The notes: generated from the letters alone by a model not told the origin. DNA of 64,000 nt from an uncultured Thermoleophilia bacterium (GCA_963734565.1 CAVTHM010000003.1:139610-203609); one strand, 5' to 3'; counted from the first letter of the stretch, positions 49,001 through 59,552 are shown. Translations and numbers: made by a program.

Positions 49001-49058
49001 TGCCATGCGCGCGAGGACCGAAAGGGGCGGGCGTTGCGGCGTCGAAAGATGCGGCCCG

Positions 49059-51293
49059 ATGGCTCGCCGTGCCACGAAGAAGCGTCCCCTGCGCCAGCGC
49101 AAGCCCGCGCGCGTGAAGCGGCGCACCCAGCGCAAGCAGCGCAACCGCAGCCACCACCGTCCCGAGCTGATCGGGCTCGCGCTGCTCGCGGCCGGGCTCT
49201 TCCTCGCTTCGCTGCTGTATCTGGGCTGGGACGGCGGCGCGGCGGGGGAGAAGATCGTCGACGGCCTCGACCAGCTCATCGGCGACCTGAGCTACCTGCT
49301 GCCGATCGTGCTTGTCGCGTTCGGCGCGCTGCTCGTGACGCGCTCGCAGCTCCTCGACATGCGCCCCTTCCGGACCGGGAGCACGATCGTCATGCTCGGC
49401 CTCTTCCTCGTGCTCGGGCCGAGCGCGGGGATGATCGGCCAGGGGCTCGACGCGATGGTCGGCCGCTTCATCGGGAGCACCGGCCGGGTCCTGCTCGGCG
49501 TCACCGCGACGATCGCCGGCGTGCTGCTCCTCACGGGCGCTTCGGTCGGCGCCATTCTCCGCCGCACGCACCACGTCGTGCGCCGTGCCGGCAGTGCCGC
49601 CCGCAAGGCTCCCGCGCGCACGCGCCTGCGCGAGACCCCCGCCACGATCGCCCAGCTGCCGGCGCTCACCGTCCCGCACGAGCCGCCCGTCGACGCCGCG
49701 GCGGCTTTCCCCGACGTCATCGGCGAGCCGGAGGTCATGGAACGCGCATCGCAGCTGGAGCTCACGCCCGACGAGCCGGACGAGCTCTCAGAAGAACTCT
49801 CCCTGTCGTCCGCCAGGCAGCACGGCGAGTACCGCCTCCCGGACCGCGCGCTCCTGCGGCGCTCGCCGCCCGCGTCCGGCGGCGGCGCCGACGTCACCGA
49901 CCAGGTCGCAGGCGCGCTCGTCTCCGCACTCGGCCACTTCGGCGTGGAGGCGAACGTCACCGGCCAGATCTCCGGCCCGCGCGTCACGCGCTACGAGCTC
50001 CAGCTCGCGCCCGGCACCAAGATGTCGAAGGTCTCCGCGCTGAAGGACGACCTGTCCTACGCGCTCGCGACGACCGAGATCCGCATCCTGGCGCCGATCC
50101 CGGGCAAGCAGGCCGTGGGCGTCGAGGTGCCGAACCTGAGCCCGAACCTCGTCACGCTCGGCGACATCTACGGCGACGTCCCGCAGACCGCCAGCCCGGT
50201 GTCGGTCTGGCTCGGCAAGGACATCTCAGGGAACGCGGTCTGGACGGACCTGGCGCGCATGCCGCACCTGCTGATCGCCGGCACCACCGGCTCCGGCAAG
50301 TCCGGCTGCATCAACACGATCCTCACCTCGGTCCTGCTGCGGTCGACGCCCGACGAGGTGCGCCTGATCCTGATCGACCCGAAGCGCATCGAGCTGGCCT
50401 ACTACGAGTCGATCCCGCACCTGCTCACGCCGGTGGTCTCGAGCCCGAAGGAGGCCTCGACGGTGCTCGCCAACGTGGTCGCCGAGATGGAGAAGCGCTA
50501 TGAGCGGCTCGCAACCGTCCGCGCGCGCAACTTGCCCGAGGCGAACCGCTCATTCCGCAAGCGCGGGGAGGAGGAGCTGCCGTACCTGCTCGTCGTGATC
50601 GACGAGCTCGCCGACCTGATGATGATCTCGCCGCAGGCAGTGGAGGATGCGGTCATCCGCCTGGCGCAGAAGTCGCGCGCGGTCGGCATCCACCTCGTGC
50701 TCGCCACGCAGCGGCCGTCCGTGGACGTCATCACCGGGATGATCAAGGCGAACGTCCCGTCGCGGATCGCGTTCGCCGTGTCGAGCCAGACGGACTCGCG
50801 CGTGATCCTCGACCAGTCCGGCGCCGAGAGCCTGCTGGGCCAGGGCGACATGCTCTTCAAGCCGCTCGGCACGTCGCGCCTGCAGCGCCTGCAGGGCGCC
50901 TACGTGACGGAGGAGGAGATCGCCCTGATCGTGGAGCAGGCGCGCGCCCAGCGCGAGCAGGAGCTCGACGAGTCGCTGCTGCAGCCGCCCGAGGACGGGC
51001 CCGACGTCGAAGCCTCCGATGACGACTTCGACCCCGACGAGGATCCGCTGCTCGACCGGGCGATCGAGATCGTCGTGCAGACGCAGACCGCATCGGTCTC
51101 GCTCATCCAGCGCCGCCTGCGCGTCGGGTATACGCGCGCGGGCCGCCTGATCGACATGCTCGAGCGCCGCGGGATCATCTCCGGCTACGAGGGCTCGAAG
51201 CCGCAGGCGCGTGCTCGTCGACGAAGGCGATCTTCAGCGCGTCCTGACCAGCGTCTGACGCGCGGCGCCGAACCACTCTGTAACCGCTGCTAA
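49059..51293 (+). CDS. ftsK: DNA translocase FtsK/SpoIIIE; the last ~17 codons probably lie in the +1 frame, giving a true stop near 51258
   Basis: Basic N-terminus and TM helices; Walker A GTTGSGKSGCIN; ..VVIDELADLMM..; ..HLVLATQRPSVDVITG.IKAN.P.RIAF.V.S..DSR.ILD..GAE.LLG.GDML..; gamma domain ..IQRRLRVGYTRAGRLIDMLE.RGI... Confidence 0.85.
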   Translation: MARRATKKRPLRQRKPARVKRRTQRKQRNRSHHRPELIGLALLAAGLFLASLLYLGWDGGAAGEKIVDGLDQLIGDLSYLLPIVLVAFGALLVTRSQLLDMRPFRTGSTIVMLGLFLVLGPSAGMIGQGLDAMVGRFIGSTGRVLLGVTATIAGVLLLTGASVGAILRRTHHVVRRAGSAARKAPARTRLRETPATIAQLPALTVPHEPPVDAAAAFPDVIGEPEVMERASQLELTPDEPDELSEELSLSSARQHGEYRLPDRALLRRSPPASGGGADVTDQVAGALVSALGHFGVEANVTGQISGPRVTRYELQLAPGTKMSKVSALKDDLSYALATTEIRILAPIPGKQAVGVEVPNLSPNLVTLGDIYGDVPQTASPVSVWLGKDISGNAVWTDLARMPHLLIAGTTGSGKSGCINTILTSVLLRSTPDEVRLILIDPKRIELAYYESIPHLLTPVVSSPKEASTVLANVVAEMEKRYERLATVRARNLPEANRSFRKRGEEELPYLLVVIDELADLMMISPQAVEDAVIRLAQKSRAVGIHLVLATQRPSVDVITGMIKANVPSRIAFAVSSQTDSRVILDQSGAESLLGQGDMLFKPLGTSRLQRLQGAYVTEEEIALIVEQARAQREQELDESLLQPPEDGPDVEASDDDFDPDEDPLLDRAIEIVVQTQTASVSLIQRRLRVGYTRAGRLIDMLERRGIISGYEGSKPQARARRRRRSSARPDQRLTRGAEPLCNRC

Positions 51294-51393
51294 CTGCCCG
51301 AAGGGCCCCGGCGTCTCATTCAATGTAGGGGTCGAAACCCGTATAGGATCGCGCGGGTTTCACAAAGATCAGTTACCCGAGGAGGGAATTTCT

Positions 51394-52416
51394 GTGAGAA
51401 GCAAACGCTCTGCTGCGCTCGCGCTTGCGCTTGCGGCCGCCGTGCTTGCCGCTCTCGTGGCGAGCTCGGTCGGCACCGCGTCGCGTGCGGCACTTACGAA
51501 GGCGGCAATCGTGACGGACACGGCCGGCCTCAACGACCGGTCGTTCAACCACCTGGCCAACCTCGGCCGCCTGAAGGCGCAGAAGGATCTCAAGATCCAG
51601 TCGCGCGCCTTCATCTCGAAGTCCAGCCAGGACTACCTGCCGAACATGGTCGCGGCCGCGCAGGGCGGCTACGAGGCAGTCGTCGCCAACGGCTTCCTGC
51701 TCGCGACCGACCTGAACACGGCGGCGCAGCAGTTCCCGGACACGAAGTGGGCGATCGTCGACTTCCCGTGGGTCGCGCTGACCGACAAGCCGAAGAACGT
51801 CGTCGGCCTGACCTTCAAGTCGGAGGAGTCCGGCTACCTGGTCGGCTACCTCGCCGGTCTCATGACCAAGCGTGAGGGTGGCAAGCAGGTCGTCAGCGCC
51901 GTCGGCGGTCAGAAGATCCCGTCGGTGGACAACTGGATCGCCGGCTACCGCGCCGGTGCCCAGAGGGCCAACCCGGGGATCAAGGTCCTGATCGACTACT
52001 CGAACCAGTTCCCGCCGTCGGCCGCGCCGAAGTGCAAGGAGCTCGCCCTGAAGCAGATCGCCAAGGGCTCGCATGTGGTCTTCCAGGTCGCCGGTGGTTG
52101 CGGCCTCGGCGCCCTCGACGCCGCGAAGACGAAGGGCAAGTGGGGCATCGGCGTCGACGCCGACCAGTCCTACCTCGGCTCGCACATCCTGACGTCGGGC
52201 GTGAAGCGCGTCGACAACGCCGTGTACACGTTCTTCCAGAAGGCCAAGGCCGGCACGCTGAAGACCGGCACTGACCTCGTCTTCAACCTGAAGAACGGCG
52301 GCCAGGACGTGGGCAAGATCAGCCCGAAGTGCCGCTGCGCCAAGGAAGTCCTCAAGATGAAGGCGCTCGAGCCGCTCATCAAGCGCGGGATCATCAAGCC
52401 CCCGAGCAAGCTGTAA
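51394..52416 (+). CDS. BMP-family (PnrA/Med-like) ABC substrate-binding protein, nucleoside-type
   Basis: Signal-like N-terminus, then ..AIVTDTAGLNDRSFN.., ..V.A.GF........A..FPD.K.AIVD.. and ..GIGVDADQ... Confidence 0.85.
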   Translation: MRSKRSAALALALAAAVLAALVASSVGTASRAALTKAAIVTDTAGLNDRSFNHLANLGRLKAQKDLKIQSRAFISKSSQDYLPNMVAAAQGGYEAVVANGFLLATDLNTAAQQFPDTKWAIVDFPWVALTDKPKNVVGLTFKSEESGYLVGYLAGLMTKREGGKQVVSAVGGQKIPSVDNWIAGYRAGAQRANPGIKVLIDYSNQFPPSAAPKCKELALKQIAKGSHVVFQVAGGCGLGALDAAKTKGKWGIGVDADQSYLGSHILTSGVKRVDNAVYTFFQKAKAGTLKTGTDLVFNLKNGGQDVGKISPKCRCAKEVLKMKALEPLIKRGIIKPPSKL

Positions 52417-52448
52417 CCAGTCTCAGCATCAGCTCTCAGCATCCGCTG

Positions 52449-52486
52449 AAACAGAGAGGGCGCCGCCAGGCGCCCTCTCTGTTTTT
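52449..52486 (+). terminator. intrinsic terminator/attenuator between the SBP gene and the ABC ATPase gene
   Basis: AAACAGAGAGGGCGCC-GCCA-GGCGCCCUCUCUGUUU, a 13-16 bp stem, followed by a U-run (UUUUU). Confidence 0.8.
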
Positions 52487-52509
52487 CCAGCCCCATAGAA
52501 TCGCGCCGG

Positions 52510-54036
52510 ATGGCCGACGAACCGCCCGTCCTCGAGCTGCGCGGGATCACGAAGCGCTTCCCGGGGATCGTCGCCAACGACAGCATCGACTTCGACGTCC
52601 GCCACGGCGAGGTGCACGCGCTGCTCGGGGAGAACGGCGCCGGCAAGTCGACGCTGATGAACATCGTCTACGGCCTGTACACGGCCGACGAGGGCGAGAT
52701 CCGCATCAACGGCGAGCCGGTCGTCATGCACTCGCCCCAGGACGCGATTACGCGCGGGATCGGGATGGTGCACCAGCACTTCATGCTCATCCCGGTGATG
52801 ACGGTGGCGGAGAACATCGTGCTGGCCAACGAGCCGCAGGCACATGGGCGTCTTCCTCGACGAACAGGCCGCAGGGCGGCGCGTGCGCGAGCTGGCGAAG
52901 ACCTTCAACTTCAACATCGACCCCGACGCGAAGATCCAGAACATCACCGTCGGCCAGCAGCAGCGCGTCGAGATCCTGAAGGCGCTCTACCGCAACGCCG
53001 ACATCCTCATCCTCGACGAGCCGACCGCGGTGCTGACGCCGCAGGAGGCGCTCGACCTGTTCGAGATCCTCCGCACGCTCGTCAAGGAGGGCATGTCGGT
53101 CATCTTCATCAGCCACAAGCTGCACGAGGTGCGCGAGATCGCGGACCGGATCAGCGTGCTGCGCCGCGGCAAGAAGATCGACACCGTGCCGGCGGGCGCC
53201 ACCGAGCAGGAGCTCGCGCGCATGATGGTCGGCCGCGAGGTGCTGCTGCGCGTCGACAAGGCACCGCCGACCCCGGGCGACGTGCTGCTCGAGATCGAGG
53301 ACCTCCGTGCCGTCGACGACCGCGACCTCACTGCAGTGAACGGCGTCAGCCTCAACGTGCGCGCCGGCGAGATCGTCGGCATCGCAGGCGTCGACGGTAA
53401 CGGCCAGACGGAGCTGATCGAGGCCATCACCGGCCTGCGCAAGCCGACCGGCGGCACGATCCGCCTCGCCGGCAAGGACATCACGCAGGCGAGCGTGCGC
53501 GACCGGCTCGACGCCGGCATGGGGCACATCCCCGAGGATCGCCTGCGCCTCGGCCTGGTGCTCGAGTTCTCCCTCGCAGAGAACCTCGCGCTGCACGACT
53601 ACCGTGAGCCGCCCATCTCGACGCGCGGCTGGCTCCGGCCGGCGAAGATGCTCGAGATCGGCCGCCGGTTGATCAGCGAGTTCGACGTGCGCGGCGCCGG
53701 GCCGACTTCGCCTGCCTCGGCACTCTCGGGCGGCAACCAGCAGAAGCTCGTCGTCGCGCGCGAGGTCAACCGCGACCCGCGCCTCCTGATCGCGGCGCAA
53801 CCGACGCGCGGGTTGGACGTCGGCGCCATCGAGTTCCTCCACAAGCGCCTCATCAAGGAGCGCGACGAGGGCCGCGCGATCCTCCTGCTCTCGCTCGAGC
53901 TCGAGGAGATCCTGTCGCTCTCTGACCGCATCCTCGTGATCTACGAGGGCCAGATCGTGGGCGAGTACGGGACGGACGTCGACGCCGAGACGCTGGGGCT
54001 GGCGATGATCGGCGCAACGCGCCAGGAGACCGCTGC

Positions 54037-54040
<4 letters not shown>
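52510..54040 (+). pseudogene. ABC transporter ATPase with two fused ATP-binding domains (BMP/nucleoside-type), interrupted by a +1 frame change near 52838-52850 (genuine frameshift or sequencing error)
   Basis: Frame A has Walker [10 protein letters not shown] and ..[25 protein letters not shown], then junk. Frame B (ORF 52844-54040) continues [22 protein letters not shown]...[30 protein letters not shown].. and the whole second domain (LSGGNQQK..). Confidence 0.75.
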
Positions 54041-55364
<1,324 letters not shown>

Positions 55365-55368
<4 letters not shown>

Positions 55369-56585
55369 GCACGCTCGCAGAGGCACCACGGCGGCTCACC
55401 TGGGCGCGCCTCACCGAGGCCCGCTCGATCGGGATCATCGGCATCGTGCTCGGCGGGCTGGCCGCCTGGGTCGCGCTGCCGCCGCTCACCGTGCGGTCGC
55501 CGTACTTCCCGGTCACCCTGGGCCTGCTCGCCGCCTTCGCCGGCATCTGGTCCGTCACCCGCGGCGGCGGCAAGCCCGGCTGGGGAGCAATCGTCATCGG
55601 CATCCTCGGGATGGCGCTCGGGATTGCCGCGACGGTCTCGAGCGAGTCGAACCTGGCCGACGTCGTCCTGTGGTCGGCGCTCTTCGCCTCGATGCTCCGC
55701 TACGCGACGCCGCTGACCTTCGCGGCCATCGGCGGGCTCTTCTCGGAGCGCACCGGCGTCGTGAACATCGGGCTGGAGGGGGACATGCTGATGGGCGCCT
55801 TCTTCGGCATCTGGGGCGCCGACGTGACGGGCTCGTGGGAGCTCGGCATCGTCATCGCCGCGCTCGCGGGCATGGGCCTCGCGCTCGTCCACGCCTTCTT
55901 CTGCATCAACCTGCGGGCCGACCAGATCGTGATCGGGACGGCGATCAACTTCCTCGCGCTCGGCATCACCGGCTACCTGTACGTGGACATCTACGGCGAG
56001 GAGGGCACGCCGACCGACATCCCCGGGATCCCCGACGTGAACCTCGGCCGGGTGCAGGACATCCCGTTTATCGGGCCGATCTTCGGGAGCCTCAACCTGA
56101 TGATCTGGCTCAGCTTCCTGACGGTGATCCTGTCGTACCTGATCATCTTCCGGACGCCGATCGGGCTACGCATGCGCTCCGTCGGCGAGCACCCGCGCGC
56201 CGCCGACACCGTCGGCATCTCGGTGTACGGGATCCGCTACGCGGGCGTCCTGATCTCCGGTGGGCTGGCCGCGCTCGGCGGGGCGTACCTTTCGCTCGGG
56301 TTCGTCCACACGTTCGACCAGAACATCACCGGCGGCCGCGGCTTCATCGCGCTGGCGGCGCTGATCTTCGGCAACTGGCGGCCGTTCGGGGCATTCGCGG
56401 CGACGCTGCTCTTCGGCTTCTCGAGCGCCCTTGCCGACCGCCTGCCCGACTACTTTTCCTCGGGCAGCCAGGTGCCGTTCTTGTTCAGCACCCTCCCGTA
56501 CGTGCTCACCCTGATCGCAGTCGCCGGGATCATCGGCCGGTCGACCCCGCCAGCTGCCGATGGCCGTCCGTACGTCAAGCAGTAG
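55365..56585 (+). CDS. ABC transporter permease (BMP/nucleoside-type), second subunit
   Basis: A 406-aa polytopic protein with ..ERTGVVNIGLEG.ML.GAF.. and ..VGEHP.AADT.GI.V...RY......G.LA.LGGAYL... The start overlaps the previous stop (ATGA). Confidence 0.85.
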
Positions 56586-56925
56586 CGCGCCACGTCCGTC
56601 GGTCCGGGGGAGTGCGCGCGCAGCACTTACCCTGGGGCTGATCGGCGTCCTCTCGCTGCCTGCTGCGATCCTGATCGCGTACGAGACGGACTGGTGGTCG
56701 TACCTCGAGTCGACGTGGGCGGCGATCCCCGCGACCGTCTTCGGGCTCGCCGCGGTGATCACCGGCGGGCGGGCCAAGGTGAACGCGGGCCGGTCGGTGC
56801 TCCCCGTGGACGGCCTGGGCGCCGCCCGCTGGGGACGAAGGCTCGGGTGGCTCTCGCTCTATTTCGCGGCCACCGCGGGGCTGTCGCTCGCCGTCTACGC
56901 GTACGAGACGTACCTGTCGGGTTAA
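56560..56925 (+). CDS. hypothetical membrane protein
   Basis: High GC3 and three to four hydrophobic helices. The only in-frame start is ATG 56560, overlapping the permease 3' end by 26 nt. Confidence 0.45.
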   Translation: MAVRTSSSSAPRPSVRGSARAALTLGLIGVLSLPAAILIAYETDWWSYLESTWAAIPATVFGLAAVITGGRAKVNAGRSVLPVDGLGAARWGRRLGWLSLYFAATAGLSLAVYAYETYLSG

Positions 56926-56942
56926 GACCCGTTCGGCCGAGG

Positions 56943-56971
56943 GTGACCCGGACCCGGATCGGCTCTACAAT
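56943..56971 (+). promoter_or_regulatory. possible promoter GTGACC-N17-TACAAT, 9 nt upstream of the rodZ-like GTG (leaderless or near-leaderless)
   Basis: TACAAT at 56966-56971 is conspicuous in this GC-rich DNA. The downstream genes through recX are tightly packed or overlapping. Confidence 0.4.
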
Positions 56972-56980
56972 CGTCCCCTC

Positions 56981-57721
56981 GTGTTCGAGATCGGGAACAG
57001 CCTCCGCGAGGCGCGCGTCCGCCAGGCGCTCGACTTCCCGGAGATCGAGCAGGCGACGAAGATTCGCGGGAAGTACCTGCGCGCCCTCGAGGACGAGAAT
57101 TTCGAGCAGCTGCCCGGGCAGACATACGTCAAGGGCTTCCTGCGCACGTACGCCGACTACCTCGGGCTCGAAGGGCAGCTCTACGTGGACGAGTACAACT
57201 CGCGCTACGTCGCCGCCGGCGAGGAGGAGGCGCCGGCGCGGTTCCGCAGCGGCGGCGCGATGCCGCGCTCGACCCGGATGATGTCGAGCGCCGTGCTGAT
57301 CGCGCTCACCGCGATCGCCGTGGCGGCGGCGCTCGTCATCGTGGCCTGGAAGTTCGGCGGGAACCGCGGCGTGGTCGACGTCGGCAACGACAAGCCCGCC
57401 GCGAAGCAGAAGCCGCACCGGACGAAGAAGCAGCACAAGCAGGCGCCGTCGACCCAGACGGGCGTTCGCCTCGTCGTCAGCGCGACGAAGGGCAACTCGT
57501 ATGTCGAGGTGCACAAGGGCGCCTCCCCGGCAGGCGCGATCGTGTACGCGGGCACGCTCGAGCGCGGCCACCACCAGGTGTTCACCCAGCGGCACCTCTG
57601 GCTGCGGATCGACGATCCGCGCAACGTCGTCGTGAAGCTCAACGGGCTGCGCACGCAGCTCCGGGGCGCGGGTCACGTCGACCTCGCCCTGACCAACCGA
57701 GGCCTGAAGACGGTCACTTGA
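56981..57721 (+). CDS. RodZ-like helix-turn-helix membrane protein (HTH_25 + TM + DUF4115-like C-terminus)
   Basis: Translation reads ..IG..LREAR......L.EIE..TKIR.KYL.ALE...F..LPG..YVKGFLR.YA.YLGL.., a single TM helix (AVLIALTAIAVAAALVIVAW) and a C-terminal beta-rich domain. Confidence 0.7.
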   Translation: MFEIGNSLREARVRQALDFPEIEQATKIRGKYLRALEDENFEQLPGQTYVKGFLRTYADYLGLEGQLYVDEYNSRYVAAGEEEAPARFRSGGAMPRSTRMMSSAVLIALTAIAVAAALVIVAWKFGGNRGVVDVGNDKPAAKQKPHRTKKQHKQAPSTQTGVRLVVSATKGNSYVEVHKGASPAGAIVYAGTLERGHHQVFTQRHLWLRIDDPRNVVVKLNGLRTQLRGAGHVDLALTNRGLKTVT

Positions 57722-58992
57722 CGTCGCGGCCGCGCGCCGCGGTCGTGCTCACGGGCTCCGAGCTGGTCCGCGGCCAGCGCACGGACCGCAACGGGCCGTT
57801 TCTCGCCCGCGAGCTCGTCTCGCTCGGCTTCGAGCCGGCGCGGCTGGTCATCGTCGGCGACGATCCGGACGACCTCGAGGCGGCGCTGCGCGACGGGCTC
57901 GAAGCCGACCTGCTCGTCACCTCCGGCGGGCTCGGGCCGACGCACGACGATCGGACGATCGAGCTGCTCGCGCGTGTGACCGGCCGCGAGCTCGCGCTTG
58001 ACGAGGGGCTGCGGGCGGAGATCGAGGGCATCTCGCGGGCGATCTCGAAGCGGTTCAAGCGGCCCTACGCGGACTTCCAGCCGGGGATCGTGAAGCAGGC
58101 GACGCTGCCGGCCGGCGCGCTGTCGCTCGGGCTCGCGGGGACGGCGCCGGGCGTGCTGCTCGAGGAGCGAGAGTGCATCGCGATCGCGCTGCCCGGGCCG
58201 CCACCGGAGCTGCAGCGATTGTGGCGGGCGGCGCTCGAGTCGGAACCGATGGGGCGGCTGCTGGCGCGCGTCCCGCCCGCGGACGAACGGGTCATCCGGG
58301 TGTACGGCGCGACCGAGTCGGCGGTGGCGCGCGCCTTCGAGGAGGCAGGCGGAGAGGGGGACGGGCTCGTCGCGACCATCTGCGCCCACGACTTCGAGAT
58401 ACGCGTCGACCTCGTGGCCGACCCGGGCGCGGAGGAGCGCGCGGCCGCCGTGGAGGAGGCGCTCGTCGCGACGCTCGAGCCGTACGTGTTCGCGCGCGAC
58501 GGCCGGACGGTGGAGGAGATCGTGCTCGAGCTGTGCCGGGAGCGCGGCTGGACGCTCGCGGCGGCGGAGTCCTGCACCGGCGGCCTCGTCGCGGCGCGGC
58601 TCACGTCGATCCCCGGGTCGAGCGACGTCGTGGCGGGCGGCGTGGTCTCGTACTCCAACGCGGTCAAGGAGGCAGAGCTCGGCGTGCCGCATGTGCTGCT
58701 CGAGGAGCATGGCGCCGTCTCGGCGGAGGCAGCGGCTGCGATGGCGGCCGGCGTGCGCGAGCGGCTCGGCGTGGAGGTGGGCATGGCCGTGACGGGCATC
58801 GCCGGTCCGGGCGGCGGCACGCCGTCCAAGCCGGTCGGGCTCGTCTTCCTGCATGCGTCGTCGCCGGAGGGCGAGAAGGCGCTGGAGCTGCAGATGCCGG
58901 GCGACCGCGACGCGATTCGCTCGCGCGCGGCCGCCGCGGCGCTGCACCTCACGCGGCGTCTTCTGACACAGAGTCGCGACAGTTCCGCATGA
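57718..58992 (+). CDS. cinA: CinA-family protein (MoCF-binding domain + nicotinamide-nucleotide amidase PncC domain)
   Basis: Translation reads ..TGSELV.G...D.N......L...G........VGDD.......L........L..TSGGLGPT.DD.T.. and a C-terminal ..AESCTGGL.AA.LT..PGSS......GVV.YSN..K...LGV.. block. Confidence 0.85.
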   Translation: MTSRPRAAVVLTGSELVRGQRTDRNGPFLARELVSLGFEPARLVIVGDDPDDLEAALRDGLEADLLVTSGGLGPTHDDRTIELLARVTGRELALDEGLRAEIEGISRAISKRFKRPYADFQPGIVKQATLPAGALSLGLAGTAPGVLLEERECIAIALPGPPPELQRLWRAALESEPMGRLLARVPPADERVIRVYGATESAVARAFEEAGGEGDGLVATICAHDFEIRVDLVADPGAEERAAAVEEALVATLEPYVFARDGRTVEEIVLELCRERGWTLAAAESCTGGLVAARLTSIPGSSDVVAGGVVSYSNAVKEAELGVPHVLLEEHGAVSAEAAAAMAAGVRERLGVEVGMAVTGIAGPGGGTPSKPVGLVFLHASSPEGEKALELQMPGDRDAIRSRAAAAALHLTRRLLTQSRDSSA

Positions 58993-59546
58993 CGTCGCCG
59001 GGTACCGTCGGCGGCGATGAGCGGATACGCCTCTTCGTCGCCCTGCGGCTGCCCGAGCCCGTCGTCGACACGCTCGTGTGCTGGCAGCGCGACGTGCTCG
59101 GCGGCAGCGATGCGCGGACGATCCCGCGGGAGAACCTGCACGTGACCGTCGCGTTCCTCGGCTCGCGGCCGGCGGGCGACGTCGAGCCGATCCTCGGCGA
59201 GCTGCGCGAGGCGGCGGCGGGCGCGCGGCCGATCGTGCTCGGCCCGCGCGACTACCGCGAGACGCCGCGCGTCGCGATGCTGCGGCTCACCGACCGCGAC
59301 CACCACGCGCACGACTTCGCGCAGGACATGGGGCGGCGGCTCGCGGAGGGCGGCTTCTACGAGCCGGAGCGGCGCCGGTGGTTGCCGCACGTGACCGTTC
59401 TCCGCTTCCGGACGCCGCCGCGCCTGCGGCCCGGGCTACCGGAGCTCGGCGACTTCAGTCCGTCCGATGCCGCTCTCTACCATTCCGTCCTGCGGCCGAG
59501 CGGGGCGCAGTACGCAGTGATCGAATCCGCAGCGCTAGGAGGTTGA
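58989..59546 (+). CDS. thpR: RNA 2',3'-cyclic phosphodiesterase (2H family, ThpR/LigT-like)
   Basis: Two HxT motifs (..NLHVTVAFLG.. and ..LPHVTVLRF..). The ATG at 58989 overlaps the cinA stop. Confidence 0.8.
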   Translation: MTSPGTVGGDERIRLFVALRLPEPVVDTLVCWQRDVLGGSDARTIPRENLHVTVAFLGSRPAGDVEPILGELREAAAGARPIVLGPRDYRETPRVAMLRLTDRDHHAHDFAQDMGRRLAEGGFYEPERRRWLPHVTVLRFRTPPRLRPGLPELGDFSPSDAALYHSVLRPSGAQYAVIESAALGG

Positions 59547-59552
59547 GAGAAC

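Noticed and set aside
48534-49058. A possible CRISPR array, suggested by repeated hairpin-forming units.
   Set aside because: Only three units are present. They are about 100 bp long, in mixed orientation and irregularly spaced. There are no short unique spacers between short identical repeats and no cas genes nearby.
51199-51208. The same decamer AGCCGCAGGC, in the same codon phase (xAG CCG CAG GCx), sits at both +1 frame-break sites (ftsK 51199-51208 and ABC ATPase 52832-52841). This suggested a programmed +1 frameshift signal or a motif-specific sequencing error.
   Set aside because: The identical decamer in the identical phase occurs at 9376-9385 inside the intact nucleotidyltransferase gene, where it reads ..RQPQALGSADAV.. 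correctly in the zero frame. CCG-CAG-GCx is also just the preferred coding of Pro-Gln-Ala, and no P-site re-pairing is possible on CCG to CGC. A motif-specific base-calling artefact cannot be fully excluded without reads.
51294-51393. A possible purine/nucleoside riboswitch upstream of the BMP-family binding-protein gene. The sequence ..CCGUAUAGGAUCGCGCGGGUUUC.. is reminiscent of the UAUAAUCGCG / GUUUCUACC segments of purine riboswitches.
   Set aside because: Only one simple hairpin is present (GAAACCCG-N12-CGGGUUUC, 51334-51361). There are no P2/P3 helices and no conserved loop-loop or ligand-pocket nucleotides, and the region is too short for the three-way junction.
56982-56999. TGTTC-N8-GAACA inverted repeat at the rodZ-like start, considered as a possible LexA/SOS box for the recA-containing operon.
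   Set aside because: The spacing and orientation do not match the Gram-positive/actinobacterial GAAC-N4-GTTC consensus. The repeat also lies within the first codons of the gene. It is retained only as a remark in the recA finding.
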